Positions 46,158 through 56,047 of a stretch of DNA of 64,000 bases are shown in pieces. Origin of the DNA: an uncultured Actinomycetota bacterium. GTDB taxonomy: Bacteria; Actinomycetota; Actinomycetes; JAHEKZ01. Location: positions 480,001-544,000 of the forward strand of contig CAVURN010000003.1 in assembly GCA_963743915.1 (NCBI GenBank), given 5' to 3'. A program made the translations under genes and the position numbers. The notes below the pieces were generated by a model that searched no databases, was not told the DNA's origin, and was given only the letters and a program-made list of their open reading frames with translations. Each line of letters opens with the position of its first letter. Positions within the stretch are counted from its first letter, which is position 1.

Positions 46158-48874
46158 TCAAGCGGGTTGGACGCGGCGTCGTGACCCACTTGCTGATCTC
46201 GATCACCAGGGGAAGGAGAAGAGCCAGGCCAAGGGCGGCCAGCCACTGCGCACCGGTCAGAGGTGTGGTCATGAGGAATCCCTGCGGGCGAGGCAGCTCG
46301 GTGGCCAGCAGGATCATGCCGCAGGGGATCAGCGAGATCGCCGCCGCGCGCAGGATCGGGGGCGCGAGTCCGCTGGTGGGGTCACGCCGGTTCGTCAGTG
46401 CGTTGAACACGGTGCCGAGCCCCATGACCACGAACGTCATCGTCATCGCGGCGGTGGGATGCTCGACGCTCGGTTCATCCGGCCCCACGACCAACGGGGT
46501 CAGAGCGGCGAGGAAGAGCACTCCTCCGTACAGCAGCCACTGGCGGATCGCGCCGCGGTTGGTGATGGGAAGCTTCGGGTCGCGGGGTGGACGGCTCATC
46601 ACGTCCGGGTCGCCCGGATCGACGGCGATCACCACGACGCCGGCCGAGGTCACGAAGAAGAGCAGGAAGAGCACCATCGACGGCGTCAGAGCGACACCTT
46701 CGTTGATGTTGAAAGCCGTCGCGGCGACGAAGAGCATGACCAGCGACAACAGCTGGGTCATCTGGTAACGGATGTATGCGACGACCTTGTCGTAGACGCG
46801 ACGACCGAGCTCGACAGCATGAACGAGCGTGCCGAAGTTGTCGTCGGTCAGGATCATCCGGCCGGCTTGCTTGGTGACTTCACTGCCGCTCCCCATGGCG
46901 ACACCGATGTCAGCCTGCTTGAGTGCAGCTGCGTCGTTGACCGCGTCGCCGGTCATCGCGACGACCATTCCCTCCTCCTGCATCACGCGCGCGAGGCGCA
47001 GCTTGTCCTCCGGCGTGACGCGCCCGAAGACGTGCAGCTCGGGAAGTCTGAGCTTCAGCTCGTCGTCGGTCAGGCCCTGCAGCTCGCGACCACTGATGGC
47101 ACCGGGCCCGAGGCCCAGCGTCTCGCCGATCGCCCGAGCAGTGACGGCGTGGTCGCCGGTGATCATCCTGACGTCGATCCCGGCCGCAAGAGCGGTCGTC
47201 ACCGCGACCTTCGACTCGGGACGCAACGGATCGATGATGCCCACCAGGCCGACGAACGCCAGGTCCTCGACGTAGCTCATGGGATCGCTCTGCAGGGCGG
47301 GAAGGTCGTCCTCGTCGAGGACGCGGGCGGCGAAGGCGAGCACCCGCAGACCCTTCTCGCCCATGCGGGCGTTCGCGGCGTCGATTCCTGCGCGCGCCTC
47401 GTCGATGGGGACCTGCGAGCCACTCAGTGGACCTCCGGCCTGCGCGCACCGCGCCAGCACCACGTCCGGACCGCCCTTGACCAGCTCGACCAAGTGGTCG
47501 ACCCCGTCGACCTGGATCCGGTGGAAGGTCGCCATGAACTTGTACTCGGAGTCGAAGGGCACCTCGGCGAGACGCGGATAGGCGCGCCGCGTCTCCTCGG
47601 CGTCCACCCCGAGCTTGGCGGCCAGCACCACGAGAGCCGCCTCGGTGGGGTCGCCCACGACAGTGCCGTCGTCGGCGACCGTTGCGTCGCTGTCGAGAGC
47701 GAGCCCGTATGCCAGCCGGGTGAAGTCGGGTACCGCGCTGCCGGCCACCGACAGGATGGCGCCGGACTTGCGGTAGCCCTCGCCTTCGACGGAGAACCAG
47801 GAACCTGCCGTGTACAGCGTGGACACCATCATCTGGTTCAGCGTCAGCGTCCCGGTCTTGTCCGAGTTGATGACGCTGGTCGCGCCAAGGGTCTCGACAT
47901 CGGTGAGGTTCTTCACCACCGCCTTGGCCTCGGCGAGCTGCTTGGCACCCATGGACAGAAGTCCGGACACGAACGCGGGAAGACCGGTGGGGATCGCTGA
48001 GATCGCCATGGCCGTGCCGAGCAGGAGCAGCTCGTCCACCGGCATGCCGCGCGCAGCGCCGATGACCACGATGAAGGCGACCGCTGACCAGGCGATGATC
48101 CCGAGGACCTTCGTCAGGGCGTCCAGCTCCTGCTGAAGGGGTGAGCGCGTGCGGGTGACCGAGGTCAGCATCGTGGCGATCTGGCCCATCTGGGTGGCCA
48201 TGCCCGTCGCCGTCACGACCATCGCCGCGGTGCCCCGGGTCACCGACGTGTTCTGGAAGAGCATGTTCGTGCGGTCGCCCAGAGCCACGTCGCCCTCGGG
48301 GAGGGGCGCGCTGTCCTTGGCGACGGGGGCGCTCTCACCGGTGAGCGCTGCCTCCTGCACCTCGAGGGTCGCTGAGCGGACGATCCGGCCGTCGGCCGGC
48401 ACGAGGTCGCCGGCCTCCACCTGCACGAGATCGCCCGGCACGACCTCGGTCGCCGGGACGAGCTGCAGCGAACCGTCGCGGACCACCTTGGCCTGAGGCA
48501 CCTGCAGGCTCGACAAGGCGTCGACGCTGGCCCTTGCCTTGAGCTCCTGTCGCGACCCGAGGACCACGTTGAGCACGATGAGCAGCCCGACGACGATGCC
48601 CGTCGAGACCTCGCCGATGAGGAAGCTGACGACGGTCACCGCGACGAGCATCAGGTTCATCGGGTCACGGAGCTGCTGCAGCGCCACCGCCCACACCGAC
48701 GGGGGTTGCTCGGGGGTGATCAGGTTCGGCCCGTAGGACGTCAGACGCGCCGCGGCTTCTGCCGCGGTGACGCCGGACGTCGGCGTCGGTTCCGAGCGCG
48801 CGGACGAGGTCGTCGGCCGGCGTGAGGTGAGGAGGGGGGTCGAGCTCGAGCGACGGTGGACTGGTCGGGACCAT
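46158..48874 (-). CDS. Type II-like cation-translocating P-type ATPase (frameshifts near both ends)
   Basis: [38 protein letters not shown]; probable stop at 46158. Confidence 0.88.
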
Positions 48875-48958
48875 GTCGTCTTCCCTCTGCCGTGGACGCG
48901 GACGGCGCCAATCTATGGCAGCGACGCCGCAGCGGGCGTGGGGGACCGTGGACGGAGG

Positions 48959-49035
48959 TGGTGGGCAGGGGCGGGGTCGAACCGCCGACCTTCCGCTTTT
49001 CAGGCGGACGCTCGTACCAACTGAGCTACCTGCCC
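48959..49035 (-). tRNA. tRNA-Phe(GAA)
   Basis: Cloverleaf GGGCAGG...TCCGC-CTGAAAA-GCGGA...GGTTCGAC...CCTGCCCACCA with encoded CCA. Confidence 0.96.
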
Positions 49036-49061
49036 CAGACGACTCTGACGAGCCGACCGAG

Positions 49062-49136
49062 CGGTCCCGACGGGATTTGAACCCGCGACCTTCGCCTTGA
49101 CAGGGCGACGAGCACTCCGAACTGCTCCACGGGACC
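49062..49136 (-). tRNA. tRNA-Asp(GTC)
   Basis: GGTCCCG...TCGCC-CTGTCAA-GGCGA...GGTTCAAATCC...CGGGACCG. Confidence 0.96.
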
Positions 49137-49165
49137 TCAACATGAGGCCTTGCCACCTGGCGGAG

Positions 49166-49241
49166 TGGCACCCCCAGCGGGATTCGAACCCGCGCTACCG
49201 CCGTGAAAGGGCGGCGTCCTAGGCCGCTAGACGATGAGGGC
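49166..49241 (-). tRNA. tRNA-Glu(TTC)
   Basis: GCCCTCA...CCGCC-CTTTCAC-GGCGG...GGTTCGAATCC...TGGGGGTGCCA. Confidence 0.96.
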
Positions 49242-49330
49242 TAGCTCCGCCGGAAGCCCGCTCAGCATAGGGGATGCCCGCGCCAGCCTCCAAAGCCGGG
49301 GCTGCGGCGTCCGGCCCGTACGCTGGCGCC

Positions 49331-49681
49331 GTGCTGGAGATGGACGCCGAGACGTTCGAGCGGCTCGTGGCCGAGGCTCTCGACGGCGTCCCCACCGACC
49401 TGATGGCGTTGCTGCAGAACGTCGTCGTGCTCACCGCGGATGAGCCACCGCCCGACGAACCGGACCTTCTGGGGCTCTACGAGGGCATTCCGCTCACCGA
49501 ACGCGACGGCTGGTACAGCGGCGTCCTGCCCGACCGCATCACGATCTTCCGCGGTCCGACGCTGCGCCACGCCCGCACCTGGGACGAGGCGGTGAGCGAG
49601 GTGCGCATCACCGTCGTGCACGAGATCGCGCACCACTTCGGCATCGACGACGACCGTCTGCACGAGCTCGGCTACGGCTGA
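49331..49681 (+). CDS. Zinicin-like metallopeptidase (DUF1025)
   Basis: LLGLYEGIPLTER, PDRITIFR, HEIAHHFGIDD. Confidence 0.9.
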   Translation: MLEMDAETFERLVAEALDGVPTDLMALLQNVVVLTADEPPPDEPDLLGLYEGIPLTERDGWYSGVLPDRITIFRGPTLRHARTWDEAVSEVRITVVHEIAHHFGIDDDRLHELGYG

Positions 49682-49711
49682 CGGCGTCTGCGTGGCCGCG
49701 GCGCGTCCGGT

Positions 49712-49781
49712 GTGATCGGAGCGGATCAGTCGTCTCTGGGGCCGCGCACGAGAGCTGAAGTGACTGGAATGCTCCGATCAC
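49712..49781. repeat. Palindromic repeat family 2, copy H
   Basis: GTGATCGGAGC...CTGAAGTGACTGGAATGCTCCGATCAC; reverse complement matches copy G at 24 of the first 26 core nt. Confidence 0.82.
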
Positions 49782-49798
49782 GGATCACCTGTCACCGG

Positions 49799-50727
49799 TC
49801 AGTCGACGAGGAGGACCGCTTTGCCGTCGACGCGGCGGTCCAGCAGGTCCTGCACCAGTGGCATCGGGTCGCTCCACGACCCGACACGGGTCACCTGCGG
49901 GTCGAGCAGTCCGTCGGCGATGAGCCGCAGCATGCGCTCGAGCTGTGCGGTGCCGGATCGCCGCCGGGCCACCTCGGTGAAGACCAGCAGCCCCTCGACG
50001 CGGGCGCCGGAGTGGTCGCCGAACCAGTAGGGGTCGAGCGCGCTGTCCTCACCTGACGAGCGTCCGTAGGTCACCAGGACGCCCTCGGGCGCCAGGATCG
50101 TCGAGGCCCGGCGGAACGACGAGCCGCCCACCGACTCGAGGATCAGGTCGAAGGGACCGGTGGCGGCGTCGATGCCGACGACGACCTCGGACGCGCCGAG
50201 CCCCACCAGGCCGGCGCGACGCTCGGGGCGTCCCACGACCGCGGTGACGTGGGCACCCGCCCGGTGTGCCAGCTGGACCGCGAGGCGTCCGACGCCACCG
50301 GCCGCACCGGTCACCAGCACCCGCGCGCCGAGCAGCATCCCGCCGAGCTCGAGGGCCCGCCACGCGGTCAGGCCGGCGATGGGCAGGACGGCTGCGGCCT
50401 CGTCCGTGACGGCGTCCGGGACCGCGGCGAGGGCGTGGGTGGGGACGGCGACCTGCTCGGCCCAGCCGGCGTCGTCGACGAGACCGACGACGCGTGTTCC
50501 GGCTGGCGGGTCCGGAGCCGTCGCCGGCGGCCTGGACGACGGTGCCGACGACGTCCCAGCCGAGCCGGGTGCCGGGCTCCTCCTCGGCGAGATGGCGTAC
50601 CTCGCCCCGGTTGAGCGACGTGGCCGCTCAACCTCACGAGGGCCTGGTCGGAGGCGGGTACGGGCTCAGGGACGTCGGCGAGGGCCAGGCCCGGTCCGTC
50701 CGGTCCGGTCGTGACGAGGGCCTTCAC
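49799..50727 (-). CDS. Zinc-binding dehydrogenase / NADPH:quinone reductase (MDR family; frameshifted)
   Basis: MKALVTTG N-terminus; VTGAAGGVG, ILESVGG, GKAVL. Confidence 0.82.
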
Positions 50728-50745
50728 GCCACCTCCGGAAGTGGT

Positions 50746-51708
50746 CTACAGGTATCGACCGCAGTGCGGCCAGGGCGAGCTGCCCGCGCGCTGGTACAGC
50801 TTCCAGGCGCGCTTGGTCTGCTCCCAGTAACCGTAGTCGGTCGGGAGCCCGGTCCCGCCGACTGCCCGCCAGGTGGACAGCGAGAACTGGTAGAGGCCGT
50901 AGAAGCCCGCAGGGTTGTACGCGTTGGGGTTGCCGCCGGACTCGCAGCGGGCGAGGCCGGTCCAGTTCGGGCCGGTGCCGACGCGGACCACGCGCCGCTC
51001 GTCGTCCTTGACGATCCGCGACTTGACGATCCGCTTGCCGGCGAGGTCGCCGTCGACGAAGCGCTTGCGGAACACGACCTTCTTGACGCCGTGCCGGCCG
51101 GCGTCCCACACCTTGGTCGAGCCCTGCCGCACGAGCTTGCTGCGGTCGCGCACGACCTCAGGCTTGAAACGGACGCGTCCGTCGGCGTACGCCAGGCGCA
51201 CGCGGTGGACGACGGCGAGGCTGTCCTCGACGACGCGGTCATCGCCGGCCAGCGGTCGACCGTTGGGCGAGTAGAGGCGGCCGACCTCGAACGAGGTGGC
51301 CTGCATGCGGGTGTAGGTCGCCTCGACGCCGGTGGGCAGCTCGAGCTCGGTGACGACGCCCTGCGCGCGAGTGGCGGTGACGCGGTGGGCGGTGCGGTCC
51401 GCGCCGTCCTTCACGACGACGCGGATGGCCGGCGTCCACGAGACGGCCATGCCCCACTTGAGGGGCGTGCTGCCGACAGGGCTGATCAGGTCGGTCTTGT
51501 CGAACGGCACGGCGCGCTCGTTGAGCAGCTGGCGCACGGTGTCGGCGCTGGTCTGCACCTTGCTCGTGACCCCGTTGACGGTGAGCGTCACCGTGGTGGT
51601 GCCCGCCGCCGATGCCGCGGGTGCTGTGGTGACCAGGCTGGTCGCGAGGACCGCTGTTCCGGCGATGGCACCGCCGAGGGCGCGAAGCGTGAGACGCGAG
51701 CCGAGCAT
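50746..51708 (-). CDS. RpfB-like resuscitation-promoting factor (DUF348-like, G5 and transglycosylase domains)
   Basis: Signal peptide; TSADTVRQLL; G5-like segment ending VVRVGT; WTGLARCESGGN...GLYQF...WPHC. Confidence 0.9.
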   Translation of the reverse strand: MLGSRLTLRALGGAIAGTAVLATSLVTTAPAASAAGTTTVTLTVNGVTSKVQTSADTVRQLLNERAVPFDKTDLISPVGSTPLKWGMAVSWTPAIRVVVKDGADRTAHRVTATRAQGVVTELELPTGVEATYTRMQATSFEVGRLYSPNGRPLAGDDRVVEDSLAVVHRVRLAYADGRVRFKPEVVRDRSKLVRQGSTKVWDAGRHGVKKVVFRKRFVDGDLAGKRIVKSRIVKDDERRVVRVGTGPNWTGLARCESGGNPNAYNPAGFYGLYQFSLSTWRAVGGTGLPTDYGYWEQTKRAWKLYQRAGSSPWPHCGRYL

Positions 51709-51770
51709 GCAACTCCAGACCTTGCACGTCCGGGCAGGAGCACAGCAATGCGCCAGGCGCACTGGTTAGG

Positions 51771-51854
51771 CGGGCTCCACCCCGGCTGTCAGCACCGGCG
51801 GGGAATCCCGGTGCAGTGGTCCCCGTGGGGACCGCGTCTCGTCGGACGCAACAG
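51771..51854 (-). ncRNA. Candidate structured 5' leader (four-way junction plus hairpin) of the rpfB-like gene
   Basis: Closing helix CUGUU/GACAG encloses three abutting hairpins; TAGGGT -10-like hexamer just upstream; no family assigned. Confidence 0.5.
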
Positions 51855-52057
51855 TCAGGGACCCTAGTCACGGGTTTCGCGCAAAGGCCAACGCTGCAGC
51901 GACACTTCCCCAGGGACGAGTCCGGCAAAACGGACACCGTCCTGGGCCTTCGTGATCCAAATGAGATATGAGTCACATCGCGCGCGGGGCTTGTGGACGC
52001 GGACTTGTTACCCGTCGGTAGTCGGGCACCTACGGACGGTGCCGAAGGTCCGGGGCC

Positions 52058-52507
52058 TCAGGGCCGCCGGTACTCCGCGATGACGACCGGGTAGGCGCCG
52101 TGCGGCGGGTACACGTGGTCCATCACCAGGCGGAGGGCGTCGGGGTGCTCGGCCTCGACCCGGATGTTCCAGCCGGCCCCGGGCCCGTACGTGCCCTCGA
52201 GCTGCAGCGTGTGCGGAGCGCTCAGGCGTCCTGTCGACGCCAGCCAGTGCGGCTGCTGGTGCCACGACTCGGTCCACGTCGACTGGAAGGCGCCGTCCTC
52301 GGGAGCGGCGCCGACCACGAGGAGCCCGTCGTGCTCCTCGCCCTCGATCACCCAGGTGTGCTCGACGAGCGCGACGTGGCCGTGTGCCTTGAAGGAGACG
52401 TGCGCGCGTGACGGGGACTCCGCGTACTCCTCGTCCGGCAGGAACCGGAACCGGTTGGTGCCCGTCCAGTCTCCGGTGTGGTCGGCGAGCCAGTCGAGTG
52501 CCGTCAT
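52058..52507 (-). CDS. DUF1579-like protein
   Basis: GDWTGTN, WTESWHQ, GWNI pattern; GAGGAG RBS. Confidence 0.6.
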   Translation of the reverse strand: MTALDWLADHTGDWTGTNRFRFLPDEEYAESPSRAHVSFKAHGHVALVEHTWVIEGEEHDGLLVVGAAPEDGAFQSTWTESWHQQPHWLASTGRLSAPHTLQLEGTYGPGAGWNIRVEAEHPDALRLVMDHVYPPHGAYPVVIAEYRRP

Positions 52508-52576
52508 CGGTCGTCTCCTCGTCGTCTCTCGCGGTCCGTCGGGGCGCACCCTCGTGACCGGTAGTTTGGGCCCCTC

Positions 52577-52649
52577 GGGCCGCTAGCTCAATTGGCAGAG
52601 CTGCGGACTTTTAATCCGTAGGTTCAGGGTTCGAGTCCCTGGCGGCCCA
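52577..52649 (+). tRNA. tRNA-Lys(TTT)
   Basis: GGGCCGC...GCGGA-CTTTTAA-TCCGT...GGTTCGAGTCC...GCGGCCCA. Confidence 0.96.
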
Positions 52650-52657
52650 CCGTGCCT

Positions 52658-52940
52658 TGTGTTGTCTCGGTTGAGTGGTGACGTTTCCTGCTCGCCTGAG
52701 ACTTGACGGTGTCTCGGCTGATGGTTGACACCGTCTCGGTTGATTCTTGACACCTCCGTTCGGGCTGATGCGTGACGTTCTGGCTCCGGCTGTCGGGTGA
52801 CATGGCTTCGGCTGATGGGTTACAGCTGTTTCGGTTGATGGGTGACACTCCTGACCATGTTGGTGGAGTTGAGCGTCGTGGAGCGGCGGTAGCAAGCGGT
52901 TCTGGCGGTGATCGCCGAGGGTGTGCCGGTGGTGGCTGCA
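52658..52940 (+). mobile_element. IS481-family-like left end and transposase N-terminal remnant
   Basis: Starts TGT; eight 21-bp units approx. TGTYTCGGYTGATNNGTGACA (52663-52847); then ATG 52857 MLVELSVVERR*QAVLAVIAEGVPVV resembling actinobacterial IS481 transposase N-termini. Confidence 0.7.
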
Positions 52941-52996
52941 TCCAAGTCCCGACCTGGCATCCTGACGTCAAGATCACCGACGAGGGGAGCCACAAA

Positions 52997-53668
52997 GTGT
53001 CGGCACCGGCAGGCTGGTACGACGACCCACAGAGCCCGGGGCAGCAGCGGTACTGGGACGGCCAGCAGTGGACCGAGCAGCGCCAGCCCGCCGCGAGTGT
53101 GCCCCCGCCTCCCCCGACCGCCCCGGTCACGCATACCGCTGCGGCGCCGGAGAAGAGGAGTCACACGACCCGCAACGTCATCCTGGCCGTGATCGGCGTG
53201 CTCGTCTTGCTCATGGGCGGGTGCACCATCGCGCTTGTCGCCGTCGGCGGCAACACCGTCAACGAGGCGATCGAGAAGACGAATGACGAGTTGGCCGACC
53301 CCGGCGATACCCCTGCGCCCAACGCGTCAGGCAAAGACGATCCGGAGCCGACGCAAGAACTGACAGTCAGCCAGCAGAACGCGCTGGAGTCAGCGGAGTC
53401 CTACTTGTCCTTCTCTGCCTTCAGCGAGGCCGGTCTGATCGATCAGCTGTCCTCGAAGGCCGGCGAGGGATTCCCGAAGGCGGACGCGGTTTGGGCGGTC
53501 AAGCACGTCGAGGTGGACTGGAACAAGGAGGCTGTCGAGGCCGCTAGGTCATACCTCGACTTCACGTCCTTCAGTCGCAGCGGGTTGATTCAGCAGCTAT
53601 CGTCCCCCGCCGGCGACCAGTTCACGAAGGCTCAGGCTACCTACGCGGCGAACAAGGTTGGGCTGTAA
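52997..53668 (+). CDS. DUF2510 + TM + Ltp-family (two HTH-like repeats) surface protein
   Basis: PAGWYDDP...RYWDGQQWT; TM; NALESAESYL...FSEAGLIDQL and EAVEAARSYL...FSRSGLIQQL; GAGGGGAG RBS before GTG 52997. Confidence 0.82.
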   Translation: MSAPAGWYDDPQSPGQQRYWDGQQWTEQRQPAASVPPPPPTAPVTHTAAAPEKRSHTTRNVILAVIGVLVLLMGGCTIALVAVGGNTVNEAIEKTNDELADPGDTPAPNASGKDDPEPTQELTVSQQNALESAESYLSFSAFSEAGLIDQLSSKAGEGFPKADAVWAVKHVEVDWNKEAVEAARSYLDFTSFSRSGLIQQLSSPAGDQFTKAQATYAANKVGL

Positions 53669-53744
53669 GGGTCTTCCGTTCGTGCCGGGGGTGCCTGCCG
53701 TGGTGCAGACCCAGCCCGGCGCACGCGAATGGGTGTCTGGTTCC

Positions 53745-53830
53745 GGCTGATGCGTGACGTCTTGGCTCCGGCTGTCGGGTGACATGGCTTCGCCTGATGG
53801 GTTACAGCTGTTTCGGTTGATGGGTGACAC
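53745..53830 (+). repeat. 86-bp direct repeat of 52763-52848 (IS481-like end units 5-8)
   Basis: 83 of 86 positions identical by manual alignment. Confidence 0.92.
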
Positions 53831-53872
53831 ACCCTGGACGAGGGAGCCAGTCCGCCGGCTGGACGCCTGGCG

Positions 53873-56047
53873 TCATCCGACGACGCCGGCGGGAACGGGT
53901 TCCAGCGACTGGGGGTGCTCCCTCCGACCCTCGATGTCGAAGGTCGGAAGCACCCGGCCCATCCAGTCGGGCAGCCACCAGTTGGCGTCGCCCAGCAGCT
54001 TCATGGTCGCCGGCACGAGGACGAGGCGCACCACCGTGGCGTCGAGGAAGATCGCGGTGGCCAGGCCCAGTCCCATCATCTTGATTCCCGGGTCATCGCC
54101 GAGCATGAAGGCGAAGAAGACCGCGATCATGATGAGCGCAGCGCTCGTGATCACTCGGCCGGTACGCGCGATGGCTTGGACGACCGATGCCTCGTTGTCC
54201 CCCGTCAGCTGGTACTCCTCCCGGACCCTGCTGAGCAGGAAGACCTCGTAGTCCATCGAGAGTCCGAACAGGATCGCGAACATCAGCATCGGGATGAACG
54301 CGATGACCGGAACGGTCTCCTGCAGTCCGATGAGGTCCTTGCCCCACCCCCACTGGAAGACCATGACGAGGACGCCGTAGGCAGCGCCGATGCTGAGCAG
54401 GTTCATGAGCGCCGCCTTGAGCGGCACCAGCACCGAGCGGAAGACGACCGTGAGCAGCAGGAAGGAGAGCAGCACGACGGCGGCGATGAACCACGGAAGC
54501 CGGTCACCGACCCGACCGCCCAGGTCACCCCAGGTCGCGGTCTGCCCACCGACATGCGCGGAGGCTGTGCTGTCGGCCAGCACCTCCGGGAAGACCTCGG
54601 TGCGGAGCCGCTCGACGGTTTCCATGGTCGCTGCATCCTGCGGAGGGGTGGACGGAAGGGCGACGAGGGTGGCCACCTGCCCATCTCCGCTCAGCTCGGC
54701 CGGTGCCACCGAGGCGACTCCGGGGTCAGCGGCGACAGCTGCGGCCAAGGGCTCGAGGACGCCGGGGTCGGACGAGACGTCGACGGCGATGACCAACGGC
54801 CCGTTGACCCCGGCACCGAAGCCGTCGGCGAGCAGGTCGTAGGCCTGACGCTCGGTACGACTCTCGGGCAGCGCTCCCTCATCCGGAAACCCCAGACGCA
54901 GCGACAGCGCGGGGGCGGCGAGGGCGACGAGCAGTGCTGTCCCGCCGACCGCGTAGACCCAGGCGTGCCCCGACACATGACGACCCCACCGTTGCCACGT
55001 CCGGTCGGCGACGTGAGCCCCCTGACGTTGCCGGCGCCCGGACCGCAGGCCGTTGATCCGGTGGCCGGCCAGCCCCAACAGAGCGGGGAGCAGGGTGACG
55101 GCGGCCACCACCATCGTGCCGACGACGACCGAGACCGCGATGCCGGTCGCCGTCATGAACGGGATGCCCGAGACCGCCAGGCCGAGGATCGCGATGACCA
55201 CCACGCCGCCGGCGAAGATCACCGACTGACCGGCGGTCGCCACGGCCCGTCCAGCAGCCTCCGGCACGTCGAGACCCTCGGCGAGGTACTCCCGATGGCG
55301 GGTGACCACGAAGAGCGCGTAGTCGATCCCGACGCCCAGGCCGACCATCGCTCCCACCACGGGGGCGAAGCTCGGGATGTCGACCAGGTAGGTGATGAGG
55401 GACAGACCGCTGACGCTCACGGTCAGCCCCACGAGGGCGATGCCGATCGGCAGGCCCATGGCCAGCACCGACCCGAAGGCGACCAGCAGGATGACGACCG
55501 CAGCCAGCAGACCGATCGCCTCACCCACGCCCGTCGGCGCCTCCTCGAAGGCGAAGAACAGGTCACCACTCGCCTCCACCTGCAGCAGCGAGCCGGCGGG
55601 GCTGTCGGTCACCAGCTCTTTCAGGTTCTCCAGATCCACCGGGTCCAGCTGCTCCACGACGGGGTACTGCACCCGGATCAGCGCGACCCGGCCGTCAGGA
55701 GACACCGTCCGAGTCGTCCCGAGCACCTGCGGCAGGTCCGCCAGCTCTGCCTCGAGCTCATCGGTCGCTGAGCGTCCGGCGGACGCCACGTCCAGCCGGG
55801 TGTCGTCATCTCGAGGGGTGACGACGACCTGGGCGGTCAGCCCGGCCCGATCGGACTCGGCGGCCACCTGAAGATCCACCGCCTGCTGGGAGTCAAGGCC
55901 CGGCACCACGAACGAGTCCTCGAGCTCTCGACCGAAGCCGGTCGACCCGGCCAGTACGGCAACGACCACGACCAGCCAGACCGCGATCACCCGCCACGGA
56001 CGCATCGCCGCCACTCGACCCCACCGGTACAACAGACCTGACATCAC
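53873..56047 (-). CDS. MMPL family (RND) transporter
   Basis: GLGVGIDYALF, FGLSMDYEVFL, RVITSAALIM; two TM bundles. Confidence 0.93.
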   Translation of the reverse strand: MMSGLLYRWGRVAAMRPWRVIAVWLVVVVAVLAGSTGFGRELEDSFVVPGLDSQQAVDLQVAAESDRAGLTAQVVVTPRDDDTRLDVASAGRSATDELEAELADLPQVLGTTRTVSPDGRVALIRVQYPVVEQLDPVDLENLKELVTDSPAGSLLQVEASGDLFFAFEEAPTGVGEAIGLLAAVVILLVAFGSVLAMGLPIGIALVGLTVSVSGLSLITYLVDIPSFAPVVGAMVGLGVGIDYALFVVTRHREYLAEGLDVPEAAGRAVATAGQSVIFAGGVVVIAILGLAVSGIPFMTATGIAVSVVVGTMVVAAVTLLPALLGLAGHRINGLRSGRRQRQGAHVADRTWQRWGRHVSGHAWVYAVGGTALLVALAAPALSLRLGFPDEGALPESRTERQAYDLLADGFGAGVNGPLVIAVDVSSDPGVLEPLAAAVAADPGVASVAPAELSGDGQVATLVALPSTPPQDAATMETVERLRTEVFPEVLADSTASAHVGGQTATWGDLGGRVGDRLPWFIAAVVLLSFLLLTVVFRSVLVPLKAALMNLLSIGAAYGVLVMVFQWGWGKDLIGLQETVPVIAFIPMLMFAILFGLSMDYEVFLLSRVREEYQLTGDNEASVVQAIARTGRVITSAALIMIAVFFAFMLGDDPGIKMMGLGLATAIFLDATVVRLVLVPATMKLLGDANWWLPDWMGRVLPTFDIEGRREHPQSLEPVPAGVVG

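Noticed and set aside
45253-48696. 1147-aa P-type ATPase/ABC-F fusion in the ORF track
   Set aside because: A one-base shift near 46185 gives a normal ATPase end (…RRRVQPA stop at 46158) and a separate ABC-F start at 46134; probable indel error
51771-51866. Second c-di-AMP riboswitch or a tRNA upstream of the rpf gene
   Set aside because: Lacks the GAATC, GGGGAACC and CAGCT(A/G)AC motifs and has no T-loop or anticodon geometry; kept as an unassigned structured leader
52663-52847. Possible CRISPR array
   Set aside because: Units are degenerate and separated by only 1-4 bp with no unique spacers, and there are no cas genes; better explained as transposon-end binding sites
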